DNA from: Candidatus Micrarchaeia archaeon
Lineage (GTDB): Archaea; Micrarchaeota; Micrarchaeia; Burarchaeales; JACRGF01
Length of the DNA stretch: 64,000 bases
Assembly (NCBI GenBank): GCA_038890815.1
Contig: JAWAFC010000001.1
Coordinates: 68,456-132,455, forward strand
Reading direction: 5' to 3'
Part shown: one piece after another, positions 1 to 8,899 of the stretch
Layout of the letters: each line of letters begins with the position of its first letter
Position numbering within the stretch: the stretch's first letter is position 1
The notes under the pieces: generated by a model
Seen by the model: only the letters and a program-made list of their open reading frames with translations
Databases searched by the model: none
Told to the model about the DNA's origin: nothing
Program-made: the position numbers and the translations under genes

Positions 1-773
1 TCGGCCCCTCTCGAAATGCCCGGGCGCAGCTCGATCTCATCGCCCACACGCACAGTTCCCTGTATGATGGAGCCACCGACCACCCCGCCCACAAGCCGGC
101 TTATCTCTGTTCCGGGCTTGTTGACATCGAAAGAGCGCGCCACGTACATGCGAAAGGGCGCGCCGGCGTCGCGTTTCGGGGTCGGGATGTGGTTTTCAAT
201 GGCCTGAATGACGAGGTCCAGATTCACGGAATAGTTAGCGGCAACCGGAATGATGGGGGCGTTTTCTGCCACTGTGCCACTCAGGAATTTTTTGATTTGG
301 TTGTAATTCTCAATCGCCTTCTCCTTTGACACGAGGTCTATTTTGTTTTGCACGACGACAATATTTTTCACACCAAGGATATCGAGAATCATGAGATGCT
401 CAAGCGTCTGTGCCTGAGGACATGGCTCGTTGGCCGCGATGACGAGAAGCGCTCCGTCTATGATGCTTGAGCCCGCGATGGCCGTGGTCATGAGCGTCTC
501 GTGACCTGGGGCATCGAGGAAGGAAACGCGCCGGAGCACGTTGGTGGGCGAGCCACACTTTAGGCACTTCTCTTTTGTGGTGAACGCCTGTGGCTCGGCG
601 CACTTCGGGCATTTGCGAAAGGTGACATCGGCATAGCCGAGTTTTATGGTGATGCCACGTTTGATTTCCTCGCTGTGCGTGTCGGTCCACACACCGGTCA
701 GCGCATGGGTTAGGGAGGTCTTTCCGTGGTCTATGTGTCCGAGCGTTCCTATGTTGACTTCGGCCTGTACCAC
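1..773 (-). CDS. eif2g: Translation initiation factor aIF-2 gamma subunit. The gene is partial: its C-terminal part continues past the window start. Probable GTG start at 773.
   Basis: Reverse-strand translation gives GHIDHGKT (G1 box), a CPKC..C..C zinc ribbon, and DAPGHE (G3) then NKIDL (G4). No stop before position 1. Confidence 0.85.
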   Translation of the reverse strand, partial: MVQAEVNIGTLGHIDHGKTSLTHALTGVWTDTHSEEIKRGITIKLGYADVTFRKCPKCAEPQAFTTKEKCLKCGSPTNVLRRVSFLDAPGHETLMTTAIAGSSIIDGALLVIAANEPCPQAQTLEHLMILDILGVKNIVVVQNKIDLVSKEKAIENYNQIKKFLSGTVAENAPIIPVAANYSVNLDLVIQAIENHIPTPKRDAGAPFRMYVARSFDVNKPGTEISRLVGGVVGGSIIQGTVRVGDEIELRPGISRGA

Positions 774-785
774 AGACTCCCCACT

Positions 786-1205
786 TTACTTTCGTACAAT
801 CAAGACGCTGCAGGGCGCGTGATGCAACACCCTGTCGCTGACGCTGCCGAGAAGGAACCTATCCGTAGCCGAGAGGCCTCGGGAGCCCATCACGATGAGA
901 TCGCACCTCGCTTTTTTGGCATACGAGACGATCTCCTCGGCGATGTTGCCACGCAGAGCGACAGTTTTGATGCGCACGCCCTTCCTTCTGGCCCGCTGGA
1001 GCGCGCTCTCCAGCGTGGCCTTCTGCCATTCCTGCGCCCTGGCCTCCAGCAAGAGCGCGTCGGTTGTGGCGATGGTCCAGCTCACTGGCTCAATGACGTT
1101 GATGGCGATGAGCTTACTTTTGAATTTTTTTGCAAGCTCAAGCGCCTTCTCGAGGGCATCGTTGGCAGCGGGCGAGCCGTCTGTGGGAACGAGTATGAGT
1201 TTCAT
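786..1205 (-). CDS. Universal stress protein (UspA family)
   Basis: The 139-aa ORF has the typical UspA fold signature (ILVPTDGS..A..AL..A, C-terminal GSRG..ATDRFLLGSVSDRVLHHAPCSVLIV). Confidence 0.85.
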   Translation of the reverse strand: MKLILVPTDGSPAANDALEKALELAKKFKSKLIAINVIEPVSWTIATTDALLLEARAQEWQKATLESALQRARRKGVRIKTVALRGNIAEEIVSYAKKARCDLIVMGSRGLSATDRFLLGSVSDRVLHHAPCSVLIVRK

Positions 1206-1206
1206 T

Positions 1207-1596
1207 TCAGCTCTTCTCCTTGGGCTTGGGTGGGAAAAGCTCGGCGAGCGGCTTGGGGCCTGGCTCGACGACCACTGTGTTCAGCTGAGCGATGGCATCG
1301 CTGACGACGTTTCCTCTCACTTTCTTCCTAGCTCGCTCGCCCTTTCTGGAGGGACGGAATCCCGGAGGTGCTGACAGCAGAACATCAACGCGCCTGGAGC
1401 CGGCCACATCGGCGCGCATGGGGAAGCCCTCCTTGTCGCTTCCGCCAGTTATGCGCAGGCGATAGCCCGGTGCGCCCACGAGCGCGCCATCAAACACGTC
1501 ACCTATTTTTAGGCCGATAAGCGCGCCCTCCTTGCCCTTGGCCAGCTCTGTCTGAAAGGTGTTTCCTGCTTTCGGATCGGCGATGACGATTTTCAT
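1207..1596 (-). CDS. rps6e: 30S ribosomal protein S6e
   Basis: The 129-aa ORF has the S6e signature ITGGSDKEGFPMR and a Lys/Arg-rich C-terminus. It is adjacent to aIF2-gamma, as in many archaea. Confidence 0.9.
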   Translation of the reverse strand: MKIVIADPKAGNTFQTELAKGKEGALIGLKIGDVFDGALVGAPGYRLRITGGSDKEGFPMRADVAGSRRVDVLLSAPPGFRPSRKGERARKKVRGNVVSDAIAQLNTVVVEPGPKPLAELFPPKPKEKS

Positions 1597-1636
1597 AGAA
1601 GAACCCGAGAAGATATTCTTCGGAGAAATTAATAAA

Positions 1637-2164
1637 CTATTCCTTTATGAGGAATGGGCTTGCCCTTTTCTCAGCCTCTGCGCGCTTCGCCCTCTCCTCT
1701 TCCAGCGCTGCACGAAGGGAGGCGAGCTCCTCCTCCAACTTCTTCAGCCGGGCTGACCTTTCGCGGTCGGCCATGAAGATGGCCGTAACCGCAATGAAAA
1801 TGAATGCCACCACGGGGATGCCCACGTGCGTCGCATAGGGTGTGATGTCGGTCACCGCCGCTACCGAGCCGAGGGCATGTAGGTTGTAGATGGCATAGAG
1901 CCATGCCAGGGCGGCGAGCGCGAACAGCGGGACAGAACGCAGAGTGGCCAGCAGCGCGGAGACTCCGATAAATAGCAGCAGAAGGCCGATGCCTGCGGGC
2001 AGCGCCACGCTGCCGATGAGCGCGGCCACGCGCGCGGCGATGCTCGGAAAAGAAGAAGCCGGAACCTGCGCCATAAGGTACAGTGAGTAGAATGCGTAGG
2101 CGAGCACGAGCGCGCCGAGCGCGCCCAGTCCAATTGCTCTGCTTTCCCTCGACTCGAGGACCAT
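1637..2164 (-). CDS. Hypothetical polytopic membrane protein with a C-terminal coiled-coil/charged tail
   Basis: The 175-aa ORF has about four hydrophobic helices followed by a KKLEEELASLRAALEEERAKRAEAEKR tail. Its start lies inside copy 1 of a tandem duplication. Confidence 0.6.
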   Translation of the reverse strand: MVLESRESRAIGLGALGALVLAYAFYSLYLMAQVPASSFPSIAARVAALIGSVALPAGIGLLLLFIGVSALLATLRSVPLFALAALAWLYAIYNLHALGSVAAVTDITPYATHVGIPVVAFIFIAVTAIFMADRERSARLKKLEEELASLRAALEEERAKRAEAEKRASPFLIKE

Positions 2165-2419
2165 GGCGACAACCTATTCAATGAATATGCTCGGTTTTAA
2201 AGGCATGGCGCCAGCGGCCTTTGCTGCGTGTGAGGCTGGCGCGTCATGAGGTGCAAGTGAGTAGAATGCGTAGGCGAGCACGAGCGCGCCGAGCGCGCCC
2301 AGTCCAATTGCTCTGCTTTCCCTCGACTCGAGGACCATGTCGACAACCTATTCAATGAATATGCTCGGTTTTAAAGGCATGGCGCCAGCGGCCTTTGCTG
2401 CGTGTGAGGCTGGCGCGTC
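2072..2419. repeat. Near-perfect direct tandem duplication (2 x ~174 bp). It spans the leuS 3' end, a 9-nt spacer and the 5' end of the downstream membrane-protein gene.
   Basis: Segment 2082-2245 matches 2256-2419 with one mismatch (2165 g versus 2339 t). The first ~12 nt of each unit (2072-2081 versus 2245-2255) differ by 3 substitutions and 1 indel. Confidence 0.85.
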
Positions 2420-5134
2420 CTCCTCCCTGGCCACACTCACCTCAGCCCCCTCGAACTCGTCAGAGAAGAACGGCGCGGCCTCGCGCAACATGGCCTCCTC
2501 CTCGGCCTGGCTCGGGCAGGTGGCCGAGAGGGCGGCGGTGTTTTTGGCGAGGGTTGCCAGAACTCTTTGTGCCTCTCTGGCGTGTTGTCTGATGCTCGCA
2601 TCGGCCATCGCCCGCTTCATGGCCGGCTCGAACTTCTTTTCTTCAAACAACATGCGATAGAGGGCGCGTTTCCAGTCGGCTGCAACGTACAGGAAAATGC
2701 GCTTCGCCTTCTTCCCGGTGATTTTCTGAATGTTTTCGATGTCCTCGCGCGTGTTGGCTATGATTTCTTCACCAATCTCATCCAACGGGCTTATTTTTGT
2801 CTCGTCGGGCGTCGGCAAGAGAGCTGCCGAAACGAAAGTTGCATCTTTGACAAACTGCTTTTTCCCGAGCCGTTCCCACACTTCTTCAGCGGAGTGGGGC
2901 ATGAAGGGCGCGATGAGGATGCTCCAGTTCTCGAGCACCTCGCGCAACACGCGCCCGTTGATTGTCTTGGCGCGCCGGCTGTACCAGCGCAGCTCGTTGG
3001 CCAGATTGTAAAAAATATCCTGAGCGACATCGCGGAAGCGCAGTTCCTCCATGTTCTTCTCGTAGTCGCGTATTTTCCTGTGGAGCCTGGAAAGCATCCA
3101 CCTATCTAGGTGGTTGAGCTCGCGAGCAGATGTGGTGGCAGCGATTTCGACCAGTGAGGCAAAGTATTTGAGGCGGGCGGAGATCGCCTCGGCGAGCGTT
3201 TCGTTAAAATCGGCATCCTGCGCCAGCTCCGCGCCCGAGACCACGCTGAAGCGCACGATGTCGGCGCCGTACTTTTTTATGGCCGCGCGCAGGGGGAGAA
3301 TGTTGCCGAGGCTTTTGCTCATCTTGCTTCCTTCCATGAGCACAAAGCCGTTGGTGACGATCTGTCTGGGCCACAGCTCGCGCGGGAAAATTGCGGTGTG
3401 GTTGAAGATGAAGAAGGTAAGATGATTATGTACGAGGTCGGTGGCCGAGTGGCGCGAGTCAAGGGGATACCAGTAGAGGAACTCCCGCCTTGCGGCATCC
3501 AGCGTGGGCGAGCCCTTCCCCTTTCCGAGAAAAATGTAATCGAACGTTGCTTCCGAAAGAGGGATTTTTTCTCGACGGAGTATGTGAACTACAGTGTAAT
3601 ACGCCATGTAGATGGTTGAGTCGCTGAGCGCCTCAATCATCTGGCTCTCATCAAACGGAAAGCGGGTGCCCAGCCCCTGCGCCCTGGTGCAGGCTTTCTG
3701 CTTGAGCCAGCCGATGGTGTATTCATATTCAGCAATGGTTTTTGGGGGAATGATGCGCATGGCCCGCAGGCACTCCAGCGCCGCGCGCTTCCACTCCGCA
3801 TTGCCATAATCGATGAACCATTGGTCCTCAATGCTCTTGACGATGCAGCGGGCGCCGCAACGGCAGAACACGGGCCCGTTAATGATTTCATGCAGCACGG
3901 AGGCTTTGCCCTCGCGCAGCAAGTCAGCTTTTATTTTTTCTTTCGCTGTCAGCACGCGCTCGCCGGCGTATTTTCCGACGAGCATCACTCCGGTGTGCGC
4001 CTCCTTCCTGTAGATTTCCCTCGTAGCCTCCTCGGCCTTGGGGTCGTTCTGGCTTGCTATGCCCATGGCCTCGCTGATCTCCTTTGCCGGCGCACTGCCA
4101 TAACCCTCAATCTTCAGCACGGGCACGAGCATGGCCTCGAGGCGGGAAAGCTGCCCAGTGGCTCGCAGGTAATCGCGAAGGGCTAGGTAGTCATACGGCG
4201 CGTGGGCAGGCACGCTCATGACAACACCCGTGGCATGCGAGGGATCAACGAATGAGGCTGGAAAGATCGGCACGGGCTGGCCGTTGACGGGGTTGATGCA
4301 CTCGCCTTTGATTTCGGAGCCCTTGAGCTGCGCGAGCACCTCCACCTTCTTCCCTTGGGCAGCCAGCTTCTCGGCTCCCTCTTTCGACACAATCCAGTTC
4401 TCGCCATCCACGCGCGCCCTCACATAGTCGGCATCGGGATTTATCCACATGCTGGTCACGCCATAAATTGTCTCGGGGCGCAGCGTGGCGGCTGGAAGGA
4501 GGGCATCGCCAAAGGCAAATTTTATGAGCGTGAACTCGCCGAGCTCGGGGTCTATGTCTCCCTTTGTGTCATGGCTTCCAACGGCCTGATTGTCGCGCGG
4601 GCACCAGGGCACGGGATGCGAGCCCCGTGTGATGAAGCCCTTCTCTTTCAACTTTCGGAACTGCCACTGAATGAATGCGTTGTAATCAGGGTCATATGTG
4701 TAGAATTTCCTGCGCCAGTCAATCGAGAAGCCCATCTCGCGCATGCCCTGCTCGATTTCGCGCGAAAAATAGGCCACGAGCGCGGTGGGCTCGGCGAGAG
4801 CGAGCGATGTTTCTCTCGGAATGCCGAAAACTTTCTCAAAAAGGCTCAGCAGCTCCTCTTCCCTGGCCGCGAGCCTCTTGGCCATGGCGAGGATGGGTGT
4901 GCCCGTAACATGAAAGCCCATGGGAAAAAGCACATTGTAGCCCTGGGCGCGCTTGAACCGCGCATACACATCAGTGACTGTATAGGTGCGCGCGTGGCCG
5001 ATGTGCTGTGGGGAATTGGGATATGGGTAGGCCGCAGTGAGATAAAATTTTTTTCTGCCAGGTTGTGGGTCGGCCTCGAACAGCCTGGCTTCGGCCCACC
5101 TTTTCTGCCATTTTTCTTCGACGGAGCGCTCCAT
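2348..5134 (-). CDS. leuS: Leucyl-tRNA synthetase (archaeal type)
   Basis: The 928-aa ORF has the HIGH motif (HIGHARTY), the KMSKS motif (KMSKSLGN) and class I editing-domain architecture. Confidence 0.95.
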   Translation of the reverse strand: MERSVEEKWQKRWAEARLFEADPQPGRKKFYLTAAYPYPNSPQHIGHARTYTVTDVYARFKRAQGYNVLFPMGFHVTGTPILAMAKRLAAREEELLSLFEKVFGIPRETSLALAEPTALVAYFSREIEQGMREMGFSIDWRRKFYTYDPDYNAFIQWQFRKLKEKGFITRGSHPVPWCPRDNQAVGSHDTKGDIDPELGEFTLIKFAFGDALLPAATLRPETIYGVTSMWINPDADYVRARVDGENWIVSKEGAEKLAAQGKKVEVLAQLKGSEIKGECINPVNGQPVPIFPASFVDPSHATGVVMSVPAHAPYDYLALRDYLRATGQLSRLEAMLVPVLKIEGYGSAPAKEISEAMGIASQNDPKAEEATREIYRKEAHTGVMLVGKYAGERVLTAKEKIKADLLREGKASVLHEIINGPVFCRCGARCIVKSIEDQWFIDYGNAEWKRAALECLRAMRIIPPKTIAEYEYTIGWLKQKACTRAQGLGTRFPFDESQMIEALSDSTIYMAYYTVVHILRREKIPLSEATFDYIFLGKGKGSPTLDAARREFLYWYPLDSRHSATDLVHNHLTFFIFNHTAIFPRELWPRQIVTNGFVLMEGSKMSKSLGNILPLRAAIKKYGADIVRFSVVSGAELAQDADFNETLAEAISARLKYFASLVEIAATTSARELNHLDRWMLSRLHRKIRDYEKNMEELRFRDVAQDIFYNLANELRWYSRRAKTINGRVLREVLENWSILIAPFMPHSAEEVWERLGKKQFVKDATFVSAALLPTPDETKISPLDEIGEEIIANTREDIENIQKITGKKAKRIFLYVAADWKRALYRMLFEEKKFEPAMKRAMADASIRQHAREAQRVLATLAKNTAALSATCPSQAEEEAMLREAAPFFSDEFEGAEVSVAREEDAPASHAAKAAGAMPLKPSIFIE

Positions 5135-5149
5135 GCAACTTTTTCACAG

Positions 5150-5170
5150 ATAATCTATTTAAAGCGTGGA
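5150..5170. promoter_or_regulatory. Shared palindromic TATA-like box (TTTAAA, 5158-5163) in the 57-bp divergent spacer between leuS (-) and the paralog operon (+). Both transcripts would be near-leaderless.
   Basis: The box lies about 27 nt from each start codon (5134 on the minus strand, 5192 on the plus strand). It sits in an A/T-rich context, atctatttaaagcg, within GC-rich DNA. Confidence 0.35.
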
Positions 5171-5191
5171 GAAGCAAAAACCTCGGTAGAG

Positions 5192-6877
5192 ATGTCCCTC
5201 CCTTCCCCCACTGCGCCCCTCGAACAGTTCCTGCCCACCCTGAGAACAGCAATACAAACGAGCTGGGGAGGCGAGACATTCTGGTTTTCGATAGCTCTTA
5301 CCGCAATCCTCATCTCGTTCTTTTTCGTGGCAATCGCCTACATGCTGTCCGAGCTGTTGCGTTCGCCAGAGCTGCAGGCGTGGGCGAAGAACGAGCTTGT
5401 CGAGACGGCGGTGAGCGCGCTCATGGTGGGGCTTCTCTTCTCCTCGCTCACCGTGCTCAATGCGGTTGTAGCGGACATGACTGGCGGATATAGCCACATA
5501 GGCCTCGGCTATGCCTACCTCAACGAGACGCTGAACGACCTGACGCGCGTCTATATCGCCCTGCTGACGCTTGATGCCGGCATAGGCACGCTCGGCACGA
5601 TGGGCACAGTGCTCTACCCGCAGCTTTTCGGAATCCCCATCGGCACCCTGCTGCCCAGCCTCGGCATCAGCCCGCTGGTTGGGCTGACTATAGTGAATGG
5701 AGCTATTGTGAAGATCGCCGACGCCACCGCGCTCGCCATCGTGAATATACTGGCCCAGCAAGCACTGCTGGAGTTTATCTACGAGCAGTTCTTCACGTTT
5801 TTCCTGCCATTCGGCCTGATACTCAGGACATTCAGTCTGACGCGAAGGCTTGGCTCGACCATCATCGCGCTCGCCATATCGGGATACCTCGTGTATCCGC
5901 TCGCGCTCGTGCTCAATAAGGGCATCTATGAGTATGACAGAGATGTGATGGCGCAGTACAGCGCGGCTGGCGACATCCCGCCCGAGTGGAAGATTTCCGA
6001 GAGTGATCTCGCGCAGATAGGGAAGATCGCCTTTTTCTCGCCCCTCAGCACTGTGGGCGGGACCGGAGACTTCAACCTCACCTTTCTTCTCCAGGCACCC
6101 AATGGCACTTACGATGTGTGGTACAGAGAGTGGGAGGACAGCACGCCAACCGATTTCGTATGGCTCGGCGGAGGGACTTATACCGCAGGCGTGCCCGTTA
6201 ACTTCCCCGTGAGCAATCCGGGCGAAGGCCTCTTCGAGTACAGGGTTGTGGTGACAACGATAAATGCCACGCCCTGCAGCGAAGGATGCCCCACAGTTGT
6301 TAGGCCCGATGGCACGACTTATGGTGGGTGCGACCCGCGGGGTTATTGCCAGGACATGGCCGAGGCCAGCCTAAATGTCACAGTGAAGCCCGCATGCAAA
6401 TGGTATCAGGTGATGTGCTGGTTGAGGCGAGAGTACGAGCGGGCAGGGGAGGTGTGGAAATCGGTGGGTGGGCAGCTGCTTTTTGCCGGCATCACGGGCA
6501 TTGGAGTGATGGTCGGCTCGCCGCTGGTTAGAATACTTGGGGCGGTGGGCTCTGGCTATTTCCAAAGCCTCTGGCCCACCTATTATGTGTATGCTGCATA
6601 CGATTACATCACGTGCGATGCCAACACAGCACAACAGCCATGCTCATCGTGCAGAGGCAGCGTGCCGGCCTGGTGCCCCAACGCTGGCCTCACCGACAAT
6701 CCGACCATTGCCTCGCTGACACCGCCCGAGTGGGCACTGCCAATTGTGGTGAGAAAGCTGCTTGTGGTGACTGTGCTGACCGTCGTAGACATCATAATCG
6801 TCATAACATTCTTTCGCTCGCTGTCAAGCTCGCTCGGTGGAGAGACGCAGCTAGCTGGTATGAGCAAGTTGGTGTGA
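5192..6877 (+). CDS. Paralog 1 of a novel polytopic membrane protein family (561 aa). It has a large C-terminal extracellular domain that is Cys-containing and rich in N-glycosylation sequons.
   Basis: The ATG at 5192 is the first in-frame ATG beyond leuS; the ORF tool's 4355 start overlaps leuS. Shared family motifs are present: QAWAKNELVE after TM1, FFLPFGLILRTFSLTRRLGSTIIALAISGYLVYPLALV, and the C-terminal tail SLGGETQLAGMSKLV. The extracellular domain carries NxS/T sequons (NETLND, NLTF, NGTY, NATP, NVTV). Confidence 0.75.
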   Translation: MSLPSPTAPLEQFLPTLRTAIQTSWGGETFWFSIALTAILISFFFVAIAYMLSELLRSPELQAWAKNELVETAVSALMVGLLFSSLTVLNAVVADMTGGYSHIGLGYAYLNETLNDLTRVYIALLTLDAGIGTLGTMGTVLYPQLFGIPIGTLLPSLGISPLVGLTIVNGAIVKIADATALAIVNILAQQALLEFIYEQFFTFFLPFGLILRTFSLTRRLGSTIIALAISGYLVYPLALVLNKGIYEYDRDVMAQYSAAGDIPPEWKISESDLAQIGKIAFFSPLSTVGGTGDFNLTFLLQAPNGTYDVWYREWEDSTPTDFVWLGGGTYTAGVPVNFPVSNPGEGLFEYRVVVTTINATPCSEGCPTVVRPDGTTYGGCDPRGYCQDMAEASLNVTVKPACKWYQVMCWLRREYERAGEVWKSVGGQLLFAGITGIGVMVGSPLVRILGAVGSGYFQSLWPTYYVYAAYDYITCDANTAQQPCSSCRGSVPAWCPNAGLTDNPTIASLTPPEWALPIVVRKLLVVTVLTVVDIIIVITFFRSLSSSLGGETQLAGMSKLV

Positions 6878-6879
6878 GC

Positions 6880-7818
6880 ATGCCCGCCGCAACTCTTTCA
6901 TACTGCGCCCCCCTGCCGGGGATTGGCGACACCGTTGCCGTAGCCATGCTCATCGTGTTCCTGTTTGTCGGCGGGGTTTACATGGTGGCCCCGCTGTTTG
7001 CAAGACCAGGCTGGCAGGCATGGGCGAAGGAGGAATTCTTCCAAGCCCTTCTTACGCTTTTCCTGCTGGCAAACGCGGCATTTTTCTCGAGCCTGGCCTG
7101 CCAGCTCTCGCTGCAGCTCGCCGGAGGCAATCCGTTTGAGATAGCGGATAGGTATCTCACCGAGCTGGTGTGGACGCAGGCTGTGCCCACCATGATGGAG
7201 CTGTTTGCGCTTGGGTATGAGGCGAATGTCATCGGGCAGTATGCTGTGCAGATAGCGCCCGCAGCATGGGGGTTCAGCTATGCGCCAGCCGCTGGCATGA
7301 AGGGGCTTGCCAACAACATCAACCTGCTCGAGAACATCCTCGGGCCCCTTCTCTCAAGCCTGCTACTGCAGCAGGTGCTGTTGCAGTTCATACAGGCCAC
7401 CATGTTCCAAATCGTGCTGCCCGCGGGCATTTTGTTGAGAGGCATCTCCTTTACCAGAGATGCGGGCGCCTTCCTCATGGCAGCGGCCTTTGGCTTCTAT
7501 GTGGTGTTTCCGCTCACCTATGTGATGAACGCCATGGTCGCAGATGTGATCTGGAGCGACATCAATGACCCGAACGCGCGGCTGGGGCTCTTCGGGCTGT
7601 GCAGTGTGCCGCTCGACCCTGGCACGGCTGCAAACCCGGGCGATGTGAGCCGTTTCGGTATTTTCAGCTATTTTGATCCGCGCAGGCAGTGCAAGGCATT
7701 TCTGACCATCAGCCATGTCATTCCTCAGGCAGTTTTCCTGCCCGCGCTGAGTATGGTGATCACCACCACATTCATCAAGGCGACCGTAAAAGTCATCATA
7801 CACAAGCTTGGTGGATGA
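6880..7818 (+). CDS. Paralog 2 of the novel membrane protein family (312 aa). It starts 2 nt after the paralog 1 stop.
   Basis: It carries QAWAKEEFFQ, FQIVLPAGILLRGISFTRDAGAFLMAAAFGFYVVFPLTYVMN and a shortened C-terminal tail (IIHKLGG). The ATG at 6880 is in frame with ORF 6613..7818. Confidence 0.7.
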   Translation: MPAATLSYCAPLPGIGDTVAVAMLIVFLFVGGVYMVAPLFARPGWQAWAKEEFFQALLTLFLLANAAFFSSLACQLSLQLAGGNPFEIADRYLTELVWTQAVPTMMELFALGYEANVIGQYAVQIAPAAWGFSYAPAAGMKGLANNINLLENILGPLLSSLLLQQVLLQFIQATMFQIVLPAGILLRGISFTRDAGAFLMAAAFGFYVVFPLTYVMNAMVADVIWSDINDPNARLGLFGLCSVPLDPGTAANPGDVSRFGIFSYFDPRRQCKAFLTISHVIPQAVFLPALSMVITTTFIKATVKVIIHKLGG

Positions 7819-7822
7819 TGCG

Positions 7823-8899
7823 ATGAAAAAAGTGCTTGTGGCCACGCTTGCCTTACTCCTGCTGTCGGGATGCGTGGCGCTTGGAGGAAAGCCGGTCACC
7901 ACGCTGTGGGGCGGCTCGCCGTGGGACTGGAGAGCTGAGGCGCTCATGCTCGCGCTCATCATGCTGATGCTGACAGCACTTGCCTATGCGATTGGCTTCG
8001 GCTTCAACATCGCCCACCTAAAGACGTGGGGCAAGAACGAGCTGTACCAGGCGATAGTCAGCATCGTCATTGTGGCTGCGCTCATCGGGCTGCTGACGAG
8101 CCTGGATGCCGCACTGGCGGCCGATGTGGGCTGCACGGGCACGGGATGCCACATCCTGCTGGCCCGCAACTACACGATTGCGATGTATTCCAATCTGAGG
8201 GAGATGAACAAACTCATCCTGCGCACGAACTCATGGCTGCTCATGCTGGCATCAATGTCCGTCGGGTGGGAGGGGATGGTCGCGCCATGGCTTAACTTCA
8301 TGTTCACCCCGCTCGCAGGTTTTCATGTCATCACCGACAGCCTCAACACCACGTTTGACCTCATCACCAAGGTCATGATAGTCATGAAGGCCGTTGAGGT
8401 CTTTTTCGACCTCACGATGTCCTCGCTGTATCCGACGCTGCTGGCGCTCGGCATTGTGCTGCGCTCGTTCTTCATGACGCGGAGGCTTGGGGGGCTACTC
8501 ATGGCGGTGGCCATAGGCATCTATTTCGTGCTGCCCATAGTCTATCTGCTGGCTCACGCCGTGGTTGGCGCCACCACCGCCAAAACATATGTGCTCATCA
8601 TTGACCCGAGCGCGCTGGAGAATGCATATACGAGCGCGCAGGGCACGGGCGCAGACAAGAGTCTTGTGCCGCACAAGCCCGAAAGCTTCGGGCTATGGGA
8701 TGCCCTCACCGGGACGCTTACCGATGAAGGGAGCTGGCTCATCGGTGATGAGGGCGTGCTGGAGAAAACGGCAAAAATCCTCATCTATGCCACTTTCGTG
8801 CCGTTTGTGAGCCTCATCACCACGATATCTTTTGTAAAAATACTCTCACAGAATCTCGGAGGCGATATTGAGATCGCCGGGCTAACGAGGTTGATATGA
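7823..8899 (+). CDS. Paralog 3 of the novel membrane protein family (358 aa). It has a lipoprotein-type signal peptide with an LLSGC lipobox.
   Basis: The N-terminus is MKKVLVATLALLLLSGCVALGG. Shared motifs are TWGKNELYQ, FFDLTMSSLYPTLLALGIVLRSFFMTRRLGGLLMAVAIGIYFVLPIVYLLA and the tail NLGGDIEIAGLTRLI. An alternative GTG start at 7811 would overlap the paralog 2 stop. Confidence 0.75.
   Translation: MKKVLVATLALLLLSGCVALGGKPVTTLWGGSPWDWRAEALMLALIMLMLTALAYAIGFGFNIAHLKTWGKNELYQAIVSIVIVAALIGLLTSLDAALAADVGCTGTGCHILLARNYTIAMYSNLREMNKLILRTNSWLLMLASMSVGWEGMVAPWLNFMFTPLAGFHVITDSLNTTFDLITKVMIVMKAVEVFFDLTMSSLYPTLLALGIVLRSFFMTRRLGGLLMAVAIGIYFVLPIVYLLAHAVVGATTAKTYVLIIDPSALENAYTSAQGTGADKSLVPHKPESFGLWDALTGTLTDEGSWLIGDEGVLEKTAKILIYATFVPFVSLITTISFVKILSQNLGGDIEIAGLTRLI

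Noticed and set aside
4355-5191. N-terminal 279 codons of ORF 4355..6877 (called as an 840-aa protein)
   Set aside because: This part overlaps the leuS coding region on the opposite strand and has no family motifs. The paralog 1 gene starts at the first ATG after leuS (5192).
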